Assembly: GCA_963700635.1 (NCBI GenBank)
Contig: CAVOYH010000004.1
Coordinates: 736,001-800,000 of the forward strand
From: an uncultured Bacteroidota bacterium
GTDB taxonomy: Bacteria > Bacteroidota > Ignavibacteria > UBA10030 > UBA6906
Direction of reading: 5' to 3'
Length of the DNA: 64,000 bases
Every line of letters starts with the position of its first letter. The first letter of the stretch is position 1. Both the position numbers and the translations under genes were made by a program. The notes below the pieces were generated by a model that searched no databases, had not been told where the DNA came from, and saw only the letters and a list, made by a program, of their open reading frames with translations. Shown piece by piece: positions 1-10,396 of the stretch.

Positions 1-1
1 G

Positions 2-760
2 GCTCGAAACTTCATACGGGAGATTGAGCGGGAATCCAGCTACCGCATCATAATCCTGAATATGCAGAGTGTCCCGGTTATCGATACGACCGGAGCCCTT
101 GCGCTGGAGGAGATCGTTGACCGGGTCCGGCGTGACAGGAAGAAGCTGATTATTGCCGGTTTACGCAAGGAGGTGCGCACCATCCTGCATCGCCTGGGAG
201 TATCGCAGAAGATCGGGGTGGGCAGCTTTGCCGCGGATCTGACCCGGGCGATCGACTATGCCGTTGCACACGCTACAGGTCAGGCCGAGCGGATACGACT
301 GGGGAACTATCTATCCCAGGATCTGATTCTTCTGGATGTTGACGTGGAATCAAAGGAAGAGCTTTTCAAGATGATGGCTACACGAGCTCTGCGTGAAGGG
401 TATATCAGCGATCTTGTGGCGTTTTCGCGGGACCTCTGGGAACGCGAGGAAAGTGCTTCCACAGGTCTGGGGAACGGCGTGGCCATGCCGCATTCCCGCT
501 CCGGTTCGGCAGGCCGCGTCAGCGTAATCGTGGCGCGCCTCCGCCATAACATCCCGTACGAGACTCTCGACGGGAATCCTGTGCAGCTTGTATTTATGAT
601 CGCCGCCTCCCAGGATAACGAAGTGTATCTGCACCTCCTCTCGCTCCTGGCAAAAGCATTGGAGAAACCCGGCGTCGTTGCGGCATTGGTGAACGCCGGA
701 TCACAACACGATATGTACGACATTCTTGCACACGGGATCGACCATGAAGATCACTCCTAA
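2..760 (+). CDS. C-terminal part of a STAS-domain protein (probably SulP-family transporter) fused to a PTS EIIA type-2 domain; 5' end lies outside the window
   Basis: Frame is open from the window edge. STAS-like 'IILNMQSVPVIDTTGALAL' is followed by the EIIA-2 motif 'ERE..STGLGNGVAMPHSR' with the phospho-His. Confidence 0.8.
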   Translation, partial: ARNFIREIERESSYRIIILNMQSVPVIDTTGALALEEIVDRVRRDRKKLIIAGLRKEVRTILHRLGVSQKIGVGSFAADLTRAIDYAVAHATGQAERIRLGNYLSQDLILLDVDVESKEELFKMMATRALREGYISDLVAFSRDLWEREESASTGLGNGVAMPHSRSGSAGRVSVIVARLRHNIPYETLDGNPVQLVFMIAASQDNEVYLHLLSLLAKALEKPGVVAALVNAGSQHDMYDILAHGIDHEDHS

Positions 761-992
761 CATCGCAAACATGTACGGCTATATCAGCATTGCCGTGATG
801 GTGGTGTTGCTTGTCCTCGTCCTCTTTGAGTGGGTTCCACGCTCGTGGTACTATCCGCTCTTCGCCGTGGCCGTGGCGCTGTATATGGTGCGCGTCACGA
901 TGCGCCTCGTTCTGGGGCGACAGGCCAGGTTGGACAAGGAAGAAAAAATGAAACACCCGGACAAACCTGCGGATCCGGAAGCGGAGTCCTGA
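744..992 (+). CDS. small hypothetical membrane protein (2 TM)
   Basis: Two hydrophobic segments and a charged tail; fills the gap between co-oriented neighbours. Confidence 0.6.
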   Translation: MKITPNIANMYGYISIAVMVVLLVLVLFEWVPRSWYYPLFAVAVALYMVRVTMRLVLGRQARLDKEEKMKHPDKPADPEAES

Positions 993-995
993 CGT

Positions 996-1946
996 ATGGT
1001 CCGGTTCGGGATCCTGGGGACTGCCGCGATTGCGCGGGTCTTTCTGGGTGTGCCTCTGCGCCAGGCCACCATCGCCGCCGTGGCATCACGTAATGCCGCC
1101 CGGGCAGCGACTTTTGCGCGTGAGTACGCGATTCCCGTAAGTTACGGGAGTTATGAGGACCTGCTTGCCGATCCCTCGATCGATGCGGTCTATGTCCCTT
1201 TGCCCCCGGCCCTTCATGCTCCGTGGGTCGTCCGGGCAGCGCAAGCCGGAAAACATGTGCTGGTCGAAAAGCCGGCAGCACCCGGATCAGCTGACGTCCG
1301 GTTGATGATTGAGGCTTGCCGGAAGCACGGGGTGCTCTACATGGAAGCGTTTATGTACCGTTTTAAGGCGATTCACCGGCGCGTGCGGGACCTCGTGGCC
1401 GCCGGTGCGTTCGGGGAACTCCGGTTTATCGACTTTAGCTGGTGCTTCAATATGGAGGCCCTGCGTCGCAGTCCATTTCGGCTGAATCCAGAGGCCGGGG
1501 GTGGAGCGCTCAACGATCTGGGGGTCTATGGTGTTGATTTTCTCCGCTTCCTCGGCCTCCCGGCGCCCACGGTGCTGCATGCCACGATTCTGAGAGACCC
1601 CGCGGGAGGTGTTGATACCTTCTCGCATGCAGTCCTGAGGACAGGCCCGACAGTCATGGGTCTTACCTGTGGCTTTACCTGTGATGCGAACTATTACGTT
1701 CTCGGCGGGGAAAAAGGGTCGGTGTATGTTCCCGGGTCGTTGTCAGGCAGACTGGTGCCCAATGTTGCCTATACGCACTTTTTTGAAAACGATGTAAAGC
1801 AGGAAGAAGTGTTTGCGGCAGAGAACCCTTACGTAGCAGAATTGGAGTACTTTGCCGGCTGTATCCTCCATGGCACGCCGCCCGAGGCGGACGCCGAGGG
1901 GAGTCTCGCAAATGTGGAAATCCTGGAGAGGATCAAGGCGTTCTGA
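996..1946 (+). CDS. Gfo/Idh/MocA family oxidoreductase
   Basis: GILGTAAIA Rossmann start, GKHVLVEKP, GGGALNDLGVY. Confidence 0.9.
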   Translation: MVRFGILGTAAIARVFLGVPLRQATIAAVASRNAARAATFAREYAIPVSYGSYEDLLADPSIDAVYVPLPPALHAPWVVRAAQAGKHVLVEKPAAPGSADVRLMIEACRKHGVLYMEAFMYRFKAIHRRVRDLVAAGAFGELRFIDFSWCFNMEALRRSPFRLNPEAGGGALNDLGVYGVDFLRFLGLPAPTVLHATILRDPAGGVDTFSHAVLRTGPTVMGLTCGFTCDANYYVLGGEKGSVYVPGSLSGRLVPNVAYTHFFENDVKQEEVFAAENPYVAELEYFAGCILHGTPPEADAEGSLANVEILERIKAF

Positions 1947-1958
1947 ACAGACCGCGTT

Positions 1959-2261
1959 CTACTTTGCGGCTGAGAGGTACTGTACTTCTTCTCGGCCCAC
2001 GACTTCTGCTGTATGGGAGGTGTTGGAAGGGAGGTCGAGGCGGTCGCCCGGCTTCATGAGCCATTCCTGCTTGTCGGTCTTTATCTTCATCTTGCCGGCA
2101 ACGATCACGATAAAATCGTCAAAAGGGTGCTTGTGCCTGCCGTACTTCGTCCCGGGTCTGTCAGAATACATCTCGAATTCGAGGCCCTCGGCCTCCAGCA
2201 TCTTCTGCAGATCCCCGAGCGTTGGCTTTTTGGGCTTGGTCCACCGTACAATATCAACCAT
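1959..2261 (-). CDS. cupin domain protein
   Basis: HKHPFDD...PGDRLDLPSNTSHTA cupin motifs. Confidence 0.8.
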   Translation of the reverse strand: MVDIVRWTKPKKPTLGDLQKMLEAEGLEFEMYSDRPGTKYGRHKHPFDDFIVIVAGKMKIKTDKQEWLMKPGDRLDLPSNTSHTAEVVGREEVQYLSAAK

Positions 2262-2290
2262 ATCGCTTCTCCTTACAGTGCGTCAGGTGA

Positions 2291-3403
2291 TTACAGACAT
2301 TCTCTGTAGTAGTCTTCGTATATCGTCACAATTTTTTTCACATCAAAATGCTCGACGGCGCGCGAGCGGCATGCCTGCCGGAACATGGCCATCCTGGTCT
2401 CGTTGCTGAGGAGTTCGATGGCATACTTGGCCATCCGCCCGATGTCTCCGATCTCCGCGATATACCCCGTGTGGCCATGGACCTGAAGTTCGGGGAGCCC
2501 GCCGACGCTTGTGGAAATCACGGGCACACCGCACGCCATGGCTTCAAGCGCCGCCAGGCCAAAACTTTCGGACTGGCTGGGCATGATCATAAGATCAGAG
2601 GAGGAGAGAATCTGTACAAGTTCAGTCTGCTTGCCAAGAAAACGTACATGGTCCTGAATCCCCAGTTCACGCACCAGGAGTTCACACGCCGAGCGGTCGG
2701 GACCGTCGCCGACGAGCACCAGCGTGGCCGGGAGCTTTTTCAGGATTTCGTCAAAGATGCGTATGGCATCCGAGACCCGTTTCACGGCGCGGAAGTTGGA
2801 GATGTGTACAAGAATCTTCTCGTCAGCCTTCGCAAATCGTGCGCGAACCTGGCCGCACTCCACACGGCGGTATTTTTCCGTGTCGACGAAGTTCGGGATG
2901 ACTCTGATATCCTTGTCGATGCCGTAATTCGTAAGAGTCTTCTCCTTGAGGAAACGGGAAACCGCAGACACCCCATCACTCTGTTCGATGCTGAATTTCA
3001 TGACCGGAAGAAAGCTGGGTTCCAGTCCGACCAGCGTGATGTCCGTTCCATGCAGCGTCGTCATGACTTTAAGATCTCCCCCGAGGATCTGCCGGGCAAG
3101 ATATGCGCTCGTGGCATGAGGGATTGCATAATGGGCGTGCAGGATGTCCAGTTTTTCAAAACGGGCAACCTCAACAATTTTGCTGGCCAGTGAAGGGGTA
3201 TAGAGGGGAAACTCGAAGAGGGGGTAGCTGGACATCTCCACTTCGTGGTAAAAGATGTTTCCCTGGTATGAGTCCAGGCGCATCGGCATCGCATAACTGA
3301 CAAAATGGATCTGATGGCCCCTTTCCGCGAGCCCTTTGCCAAGTTCCGTAGCGATCACACCACTCCCACCGTAGGTGGGATAACAGACGATTCCGATCTT
3401 CAT
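2291..3403 (-). CDS. bshA: N-acetyl-alpha-D-glucosaminyl L-malate synthase (bacillithiol biosynthesis, GT4)
   Basis: MKIGIVCYPTYGGSGVIATELG, HAHYAIPHA, TTLHGTDITLVG, ESFGLAALEAM; start set at MKIG. Confidence 0.92.
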   Translation of the reverse strand: MKIGIVCYPTYGGSGVIATELGKGLAERGHQIHFVSYAMPMRLDSYQGNIFYHEVEMSSYPLFEFPLYTPSLASKIVEVARFEKLDILHAHYAIPHATSAYLARQILGGDLKVMTTLHGTDITLVGLEPSFLPVMKFSIEQSDGVSAVSRFLKEKTLTNYGIDKDIRVIPNFVDTEKYRRVECGQVRARFAKADEKILVHISNFRAVKRVSDAIRIFDEILKKLPATLVLVGDGPDRSACELLVRELGIQDHVRFLGKQTELVQILSSSDLMIMPSQSESFGLAALEAMACGVPVISTSVGGLPELQVHGHTGYIAEIGDIGRMAKYAIELLSNETRMAMFRQACRSRAVEHFDVKKIVTIYEDYYRECL

Positions 3404-3491
3404 ATGTCCTTTCATAGTGCGAAGAAGATACTCAAGGTGAAGGTAAGCTGCAAGACCTTTAAACACTCACGTGTGAGGGCCATCCTGCCTC

Positions 3492-4097
3492 ATGGCTGAC
3501 ACGTACCTGACCGTCGCATATCGATCTCAACACGAGATCAAGGTTCATGGTTCACGGTTTCTGGCGGAAGTCTTCCCGCTGGACCGTCTGGACCATGTTC
3601 AGGAGACCCTTGATTCCGTCCGTAAGGCGCTGCATGACGCGACCCATCATTGTTTTGCCTACCGTTTGGGCAGTTCGGGAGAACTCTACCGCGCATACGA
3701 TGACGGGGAACCCGGCGGGTCGGCCGGAAGGCCGATCCTGGCGGCTATTGACCGCCCCGGCCTGACAAACGTGCTCGTGATCGTAACTCGCTACTTCGGG
3801 GGGACCAAACTCGGGGTTGGGGGTCTGGCGCGGGCGTACGGGGAAGCCGCGGATGGTGCCCTGAAGTCGGCGGGGAAGCGGACCTGTTACCTGATGGCGC
3901 ACTGCACCGTCAGGTTTGCACATGCCCACATCAGCGCTGTGATGCGCACTGTTTCACGGTTGCAGGCGACGATTGTTGACACGCAGTACGATGAACAGGT
4001 TCTGATGCGGATCGAGATCCGCCGGTCCATGGTCGATCGTCTCCGGGCTGAGCTCGTTGAATCGACCAGCGGCCAGCTCCTGCTTGATCCGCCCTGA
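3492..4097 (+). CDS. YigZ/IMPACT family protein
   Basis: ATHHCFAYR, DDGEPGGSAGRPIL, VTRYFGGTKLGVGGLARAY. Confidence 0.9.
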   Translation: MADTYLTVAYRSQHEIKVHGSRFLAEVFPLDRLDHVQETLDSVRKALHDATHHCFAYRLGSSGELYRAYDDGEPGGSAGRPILAAIDRPGLTNVLVIVTRYFGGTKLGVGGLARAYGEAADGALKSAGKRTCYLMAHCTVRFAHAHISAVMRTVSRLQATIVDTQYDEQVLMRIEIRRSMVDRLRAELVESTSGQLLLDPP

Positions 4098-4110
4098 TCA
4101 GAGGCTCGTG

Positions 4111-5319
4111 TTATGCCGTAGTTGTGGCCGTGACGATCTGCATGGTGTCGAGCGCGATGACGAGTTCTTCGTTTGTGGGGATGACGAGAACAGCAGTCCG
4201 GGATCCCGTTCGGGAGATGTTCTTCTCCCGCTCCGGCGCGCTGTTTTTTTCCTCATCCAGTTCAATCCCCAGAAAAGCGAGGTTCTCACAGCACGCCGTA
4301 CGCACGTCGGTGCTGTTCTCCCCGATCCCTCCGGTAAACACCACGGCGTCGACCCCGCCCATTGCCGCTGCGTATGCGCCGATATATTTTTTCACGCGGT
4401 ACGTGAACACATCAAAGGCATACCGCGCTTTGCGGTCGTCATTCTTCATCTCCTCGACAATCTCCCGCATGTCGCTGCTGATGCCGGAGATTCCCTGCAA
4501 CCCGCTGTGCTTGTTGAGCAGCGTGCCAGCCTCGTTCAACGTGAGCCCTTCTTTCCCCATGATGTAGAGGATAATCGAAGTATCCAGATCGCCACAGCGG
4601 GTTCCCATGAGCAGACCCTCCAGCGGGGTGAATCCCATGGAGGTATCAACGGAGACGCCAAGGTCCACGGCAGCCATGCTGCATCCGTTGCCCAGATGGC
4701 AGGTGATGAGTTTTAGCTCTGTCAGCTTGCGGCCGAGCATGCCCGCAGCGCGTTCGGATATATACCGGTGGGATGTTCCGTGAAACCCGTACCGGCGAAT
4801 TTTGTACTGTGAATAGAGCGCGAAGGGGATGCCGTAGAGGTAGGCCTTCTTTGGCATACCCTGATGAAATGCCGTGTCAAACACCGCGACCTGGGGCGTC
4901 CCCGGAAGGTTGGCATCACAGGCTGAAATCCCCCTGAGGTTGTGAGGGTTATGCAGGGGTGCGAGCTCGATATTCTGACGCAATGTCTTGATCACCTCGC
5001 CCGTGATCAGGACCGAATCCGAGAATGTTTCCCCCCCGTGGACCACCCTGTGGCCGATGGCCTGGATGTCAGATTTGTCGCTGATGACGCCGTGATTCCG
5101 GCTCAGAAGAATAGCGAGGATATATTCGATAGCGACCGTATGGTCAACAATCTCGCCGGCGATTTTTATTTCATCACCATCATACCGGATGTTGCTGAGA
5201 GTTGCGCCAGCCATGCCAATACGTTCTACCGATCCTCCGGCCAGATGTTTTTGCTCGGCCCCATCAATGAGCTGATATTTTACCGATGAGCTTCCACAAT
5301 TCAAGACCAGAATTTTCAT
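4111..5319 (-). CDS. ackA: acetate kinase
   Basis: LVLNCGSSSVK, GHRVVHGG, APLHNP, RRYGFHGTSH, FTGGIGEN, IPTNEE. Confidence 0.97.
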   Translation of the reverse strand: MKILVLNCGSSSVKYQLIDGAEQKHLAGGSVERIGMAGATLSNIRYDGDEIKIAGEIVDHTVAIEYILAILLSRNHGVISDKSDIQAIGHRVVHGGETFSDSVLITGEVIKTLRQNIELAPLHNPHNLRGISACDANLPGTPQVAVFDTAFHQGMPKKAYLYGIPFALYSQYKIRRYGFHGTSHRYISERAAGMLGRKLTELKLITCHLGNGCSMAAVDLGVSVDTSMGFTPLEGLLMGTRCGDLDTSIILYIMGKEGLTLNEAGTLLNKHSGLQGISGISSDMREIVEEMKNDDRKARYAFDVFTYRVKKYIGAYAAAMGGVDAVVFTGGIGENSTDVRTACCENLAFLGIELDEEKNSAPEREKNISRTGSRTAVLVIPTNEELVIALDTMQIVTATTTA

Positions 5320-6248
5320 AGCCGTTTACCATCCTCGTTATATTTGAAGTAGCCCAGTCCGACCTTTTTTCCGAGCTTGCCCTCACGGACCATACGGCGG
5401 AGCAAAGGGCAGGGGCGGTAACGCGGCTCTCCCAGTTCATGCCAGAGTGTCTCCATCCACATCAACACCTCATCAAGTCCCATCGCATCGGCCATCTCCA
5501 GCGGACCACTCTGCATCCCATACCCCAGGCGCATGGCGGTGTCGATATCCGCTGCGCTGGCAATTCCTTCCATCAACGCGTGCATCGCCTCGTTCAGCAT
5601 CGGCAGGATCGTGCGCGTGGTGATGAAGCCGGGATACTCAAACACTTCGACCGGGGTCTTGCCGATTCTCTCGGCAAGGGACTTTACGATAGCAAAGGTC
5701 TCGTTGGATGTTTTCATCCCGCGTACGATCTCCACCAGGGGGATGAAGGGAACCGGATTCAGAAAATGCATTCCGATGACCCGGTCGGAGTGTACGGCGG
5801 TTTCAGCAAGTTTGGAAAGGCTCAGGGTCGCTGTGTTGGAAATAAAGACGGCATTCTCCTTCCCGATCGCGTAAAAGTCGGCGAGGATCTTCCGTTTCAG
5901 ATCGTAGTTCTCATCCACCGCTTCAATCACTATTTCGCAGTCCTTGAGTTCGGAGAGATGCACCGTGCCCCGGATCCGGGACAGGACCGCGCGCTTTTCG
6001 GATGGGGTCTTTCCCCACCGCTTGATCTCGAGGTCCATCGTCCGGCTTAACCCCTCAAGTCCGGCCGCCAAAGCAGCCTCGTCTTTCTCCACTCCGATCA
6101 CTTCAATTCCGGCTCCGGCGAGCGTTTCGGCAATACCCTGCCCCATAATACCAAGGCCTATCACACCCACCGTGTGAAAACGATCATCACCCTTGCGCTT
6201 CCGCACAATGGGTGATTCGAGATCCTCAAATCTCAACTTCTGTGACAT
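5316..6248 (-). CDS. hbd: 3-hydroxybutyryl-CoA dehydrogenase
   Basis: GLGIMGQGIA, IEAVDE, GMHFLNP, ID.AMRLGYG..GPLE. Confidence 0.88.
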   Translation of the reverse strand: MSQKLRFEDLESPIVRKRKGDDRFHTVGVIGLGIMGQGIAETLAGAGIEVIGVEKDEAALAAGLEGLSRTMDLEIKRWGKTPSEKRAVLSRIRGTVHLSELKDCEIVIEAVDENYDLKRKILADFYAIGKENAVFISNTATLSLSKLAETAVHSDRVIGMHFLNPVPFIPLVEIVRGMKTSNETFAIVKSLAERIGKTPVEVFEYPGFITTRTILPMLNEAMHALMEGIASAADIDTAMRLGYGMQSGPLEMADAMGLDEVLMWMETLWHELGEPRYRPCPLLRRMVREGKLGKKVGLGYFKYNEDGKRL

Positions 6249-6293
6249 ACGTCATCCTTCTTCATAGATATTGTTTCGCACCGTCGTTTGGTA

Positions 6294-6983
6294 TCAGGGG
6301 AACAACACGTAGGCATTCCGGAGGAGGTGGAGCAGTGCGATGTTACATCCTGCTGCGACCGCCCAGGCGGTAGCCGCAATGAGGACGGCCTTGATTCTAC
6401 TGATACCACAGAGAACAGAAAGAGCCCACCCCATAGCCCCTACAAACCATAAGGTAAACATATTTAATGAGGTAAGCAAAAGGGCCGAGGTATACCGGGA
6501 AACCCCTCCTGCCAGAGCGAGTGCCGTCCAGGGGTACGCCGCCGTGTCTGGTGCAAACACGGATATGTGATAGACCGTTTCCAGAATCCGTTCACAAATC
6601 TCCACAACACCGACCCCTACCGAGATGCTCATAAGGTGTTTCCCCCGGGGAGGCGTGCCTGCCCCGAAAGCGAGCAGAAGCATGTACACGATCAGCGCAC
6701 GGGCCGACCAGCGCAACAGAAGCTGAGCGGGGAGGATGGATACCCGGAGCGGGAGGGCCGCCTCAAGATCCTCCTGTACCACACGACGCTCCGAGGCCGT
6801 GGCAGAAGGGGGGAGGTGTGCAAGGGTTGCCATGACAGAGCGGGGATGCGCCGCGACCTCAATCATCCCGGCAATCGCTGCGAGGATGCAAAAGCTGAGC
6901 AACCAGTGCGGCGCCTTCCGTATGCGCAGCGCTGCCCATGCGGGTCTGAAGGGTACAACCCAGGCGAGAAGATGCTCAGACAT
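6294..6983 (-). CDS. Yip1-like multi-pass membrane protein
   Basis: About 5 hydrophobic segments; coupled to the upstream ABC ATPase. Family call is tentative. Confidence 0.55.
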   Translation of the reverse strand: MSEHLLAWVVPFRPAWAALRIRKAPHWLLSFCILAAIAGMIEVAAHPRSVMATLAHLPPSATASERRVVQEDLEAALPLRVSILPAQLLLRWSARALIVYMLLLAFGAGTPPRGKHLMSISVGVGVVEICERILETVYHISVFAPDTAAYPWTALALAGGVSRYTSALLLTSLNMFTLWFVGAMGWALSVLCGISRIKAVLIAATAWAVAAGCNIALLHLLRNAYVLFP

Positions 6984-7764
6984 AGGAGAGCCGGCGATCT
7001 TCCGGACCGTCTGCAACAAGGCGCACAAACAGGTCTTCCAGCGTGTCCCCCGCCTTTACACCGACCATCGACTGAGCTCGTTCGTGCAACTGTGCCATCG
7101 GACTCTGTAGCAACGTCCGGCCCCTGTGTATGATGCAGAGGTGCGTGCAGAAACGCTGGACCGTATCGAGTACGTGTGACGTCAGCACGATCGTGGCCCC
7201 CCGCGAAGAGAGTGCGAGAAGCGCCTGCCGGATGTACCTCGTCGCAACAGCATCCACGGCCTCCAGTGGCTCATCCAGAATCAGAAGGTCCGGCGCGTGG
7301 ATGATCGCCGCGGCCAGGGAAACCTTCTTCTTCATGCCGGTGGAAAATGTCCGGATCGTCTGTGCGTCATCATCCGGGAGATCCAGGACCTCAAGCAGCT
7401 CGGCGGTCCGCCGCGCGCTTTCTCCGGGAGGAAGGCCCTCCATGTTCCCCATCCACACAAGATATTCTCGGGCCGACAACCAGTCAAAATAGAAGGGTTC
7501 GTCCAGAACAAAACCGATCCGGCGCTTCACATCGGGATCACGGAGCGGCGCAGGTGATCCCAGGAGTGCTACCTGCCCGCTCTCCGCATGTTCCAGTCCC
7601 GCCAGGAGCCGGATGGTGGTGGATTTCCCCGCACCGTTGAGTCCGATAATGCCGCAGATCGATCCCCGGGGAACGGCGAGCGTCAGATGATCCAGCGCCC
7701 GGTGCCCGCCTTCGTAGGTCTTGACGACGTCCGTCAGGGTGATGGCGTCTGTATGGTGTGCCAT
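6976..7764 (-). CDS. ABC transporter ATP-binding protein
   Basis: GLNGAGKST, FSTGMKKK, LLILDEP, SH switch. Confidence 0.93.
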   Translation of the reverse strand: MAHHTDAITLTDVVKTYEGGHRALDHLTLAVPRGSICGIIGLNGAGKSTTIRLLAGLEHAESGQVALLGSPAPLRDPDVKRRIGFVLDEPFYFDWLSAREYLVWMGNMEGLPPGESARRTAELLEVLDLPDDDAQTIRTFSTGMKKKVSLAAAIIHAPDLLILDEPLEAVDAVATRYIRQALLALSSRGATIVLTSHVLDTVQRFCTHLCIIHRGRTLLQSPMAQLHERAQSMVGVKAGDTLEDLFVRLVADGPEDRRLSYV

Positions 7765-8408
7765 AGTGTCGGAAACTGTTTGTGAATACGATTGGCGGCA
7801 TGGGGAAGCGCCTTGAACCACCAGACCGCGGCCGCCGCAGGGGTGTACACAAGGAGCAGCAGCTCGCCCTGTTCCATCGTGGAAAGCAAAAGATATGGTA
7901 TCGAGACCACGCCGAGGAGGACCAGCATCACCAGTCCTGCGGCCGCATCTTCAAGCCCCCATCCACTGCGTGCGCGGGGCTGCTGCCAGGAGATGGAGTT
8001 CCCCGCGGCAAGCAGAGGGAACACGACGGAAAGTACGTACAGTGCACAATGAAAAAAATCTTCCGTCGCGGGGGGGGAGGGTTGGATAAATGCCGTAAGC
8101 ACAACACAACAGCTCACCACGCCGCAGGTCAGTATAAGCGTTGCGGCATTTTTTGCGCGGAGATACTCCGTCCATTCTGCAGGGAGCAGCGCATAGGCCG
8201 TAAGCTGTCCCTGCCAGGTACTCAACGTGTTGTTGTAGAACGGTTCCAGAGCAAGAAACGCAGCAACAAGCGCGGCGGCAAAAGGAGAGCCGATGTGGGG
8301 CCATAAGGAGACAAACGGTGCAAGGACGGCCAGTGGTAGCATGCGTACCAGGTGATCCGGGCCGGCAGCACCGCGGAGTTCCAGCGACACCAGAGTCCAC
8401 CTACCCAT
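7734..8408 (-). CDS. putative ABC exporter permease subunit
   Basis: Multi-TM; overlaps the ABC ATPase start. Confidence 0.6.
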   Translation of the reverse strand: MGRWTLVSLELRGAAGPDHLVRMLPLAVLAPFVSLWPHIGSPFAAALVAAFLALEPFYNNTLSTWQGQLTAYALLPAEWTEYLRAKNAATLILTCGVVSCCVVLTAFIQPSPPATEDFFHCALYVLSVVFPLLAAGNSISWQQPRARSGWGLEDAAAGLVMLVLLGVVSIPYLLLSTMEQGELLLLVYTPAAAAVWWFKALPHAANRIHKQFPTLWHTIQTPSP

Positions 8409-9123
8409 ACCTTCTCCCCCATAGAAAACATGTTGCGGAAGGGATGACAAGGTAAAGCGTAAAGAGGCCCGAGCGGTAGACATCACCAGCATCTGCCGCA
8501 ATGATCCCGTCAACCGTCCATTGCAGGGGGAGGAATGCCGACAGAAGATGTTCGGCCGGGACGGTGGCAGAGGCGAACACGATGGCGAGCAGGGTCAATG
8601 CCGCTACCGCGATGACAGGCGCCGAGGTTGAACCACCTCGCGCGCGCGCGTACAGGAGGGTGCAGAAGCAGGTGAGCAGCAGCGTGCCAAGGAGAAGGGC
8701 CAGCTCCGCCCGGAATAGCATTGCGGTGACGGTGGCAGGTCCGACAGCTGCCACGGCGAAGACCGCTGTTCCCCAGAGAACAAGGATCGCCGGATGACGC
8801 ACGAGGGCCAGCAGGGCGAACTGGTAATGCATGTGCTGTGTGACCGGCAGAGTCGTGGTCTTGCGAAGAATCCCTTCCAGTTCCCCGGCGAACACGGCCC
8901 CGATCACGGTCAGGAGAAAACATGACTCCACCGCCAGCAGGACGAGGAGGCCGGATTCATCCGTGTGCGTGTTGATGAACCGCTCAAAGTAGGCGCAGAA
9001 GAGTAGGTTCGCCACACCCAGGACGCCGATTCCTACACTCCAGGTTGCCGGATGATTCCGCCGCCGAAGTCTCAGCAGCGAGAGCAGGAGGGCACGCTCC
9101 GTGTGTTCTTTCACTTGTGCCAT
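8401..9123 (-). CDS. putative ABC exporter permease subunit
   Basis: About 6 TM segments; operonic. Confidence 0.6.
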   Translation of the reverse strand: MAQVKEHTERALLLSLLRLRRRNHPATWSVGIGVLGVANLLFCAYFERFINTHTDESGLLVLLAVESCFLLTVIGAVFAGELEGILRKTTTLPVTQHMHYQFALLALVRHPAILVLWGTAVFAVAAVGPATVTAMLFRAELALLLGTLLLTCFCTLLYARARGGSTSAPVIAVAALTLLAIVFASATVPAEHLLSAFLPLQWTVDGIIAADAGDVYRSGLFTLYLVIPSATCFLWGRRYG

Positions 9124-9557
9124 GGATCTGCCGGGAAAGTACGGTCCTCGTGAAGAGGTATCTGCAACGGGGGACTCGGCGGTGCGGAAAAAATCTGAAA
9201 TTTCGAGACGCGGCGGGGGGCTTCCACAGGCACCGTAAGGATCAGCGTGTTCTGTGGAAGATGGATATCAAGGTGGGCCTTTGTTTTGGCCATGGCCATC
9301 AATGCGCCGAGGCCGTCCCGGCGGAGAACGTCGTGCAGGATCGCGGCATATCCCCGGCGCTGCAGGGTGAGCCGCTCCTTTTTCCGGCTCTCCAGTTCGC
9401 GCGATGTCATACGTTGAAGCGCATCCCGGTAAGCAACTGCCGCGCTCTCGGAGGGAGTCGTGATGGTGTGAGTCCCGGAATCCTGCTGCCGTTCCGCAGG
9501 TTGCTGTACAAGCAGGGCGGTCACGAATAACACCATCGGCACAAGATGGACGGGCAT
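9111..9557 (-). CDS. hypothetical exported protein
   Basis: Hydrophobic N-terminus, GGAG RBS, operonic position. Confidence 0.5.
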   Translation of the reverse strand: MPVHLVPMVLFVTALLVQQPAERQQDSGTHTITTPSESAAVAYRDALQRMTSRELESRKKERLTLQRRGYAAILHDVLRRDGLGALMAMAKTKAHLDIHLPQNTLILTVPVEAPRRVSKFQIFSAPPSPPLQIPLHEDRTFPADPWHK

Positions 9558-9565
9558 CGTACTCC

Positions 9566-10396
9566 TTAGAAATCTCTTCGTTTCAGGATCACGGCGGCGG
9601 CAAGGAAGAACACGCTGCCGGAGAGAAACGACTGAAGGAACGGTTTCCAGTCCATCTCCAATTGCATGATCTGCTTTGCGCCATTATCCTGCATGGCCGA
9701 AATCTGTGGAAAGAGATAAAACAGCCCGTCGACAACCGTGCGGTAGATGGTGTTTTCCGAGATGAGGTAGAGCGAGACCTCGCGGTTGTGCAGAATTCCC
9801 CCCAGGATAAACAGGTACAGATATGTCAGGATGATACTCGCAGCAGTGCTCCGGGTCCAGGTTCCGGCAAAGAGCACCAGCGCGTAGAGCGCGGCAAACA
9901 TAAACGTCATCGTCAACGAGGAGAGGAGAAGATGAGGATCCCATACCCCGCATCGTAACCCGAACACCAGCCATGCGCCCGCAAGAAAGTAGACGATGTT
10001 GAGCCCGATGGCCACCACCGCGCCGCAGTACTTTCCGAGCAGCAACTCCCAGCGTGAGATGGGTTTGGAGAGGTAAAGGTCCACCGTGCCCCGCTCCAGC
10101 ATGTCCGGGATCACCCCTGCCGTGGCGAACACGCCGAACAGGATGATGCCGGTGAACAGGCCGCCGGCCAGGCCTGCCTGCATCTGCCTGACGGCCTGCG
10201 CGAGCTCCTCGGGTGGTACCGGAGGGCTGATCTGCTGCCCGAACAACATCAGCACTTCTCCGTCGGGGGAGGAATTTACGGAAATGGCGGCGGCAATTCC
10301 GAGGAGCACCAGCGTCGAAATGCCGGCCAGGATGTACATCGTCGCTTTGGAGGAAAGCTCTCGCAGTGTCAGGCGGATGAGAATGAGGATACTCAT
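9566..10396 (-). CDS. ABC-2 type transporter permease
   Basis: ERGTVDLYLSKPISRWELLLGKY motif, 6 TM. Confidence 0.88.
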   Translation of the reverse strand: MSILILIRLTLRELSSKATMYILAGISTLVLLGIAAAISVNSSPDGEVLMLFGQQISPPVPPEELAQAVRQMQAGLAGGLFTGIILFGVFATAGVIPDMLERGTVDLYLSKPISRWELLLGKYCGAVVAIGLNIVYFLAGAWLVFGLRCGVWDPHLLLSSLTMTFMFAALYALVLFAGTWTRSTAASIILTYLYLFILGGILHNREVSLYLISENTIYRTVVDGLFYLFPQISAMQDNGAKQIMQLEMDWKPFLQSFLSGSVFFLAAAVILKRRDF

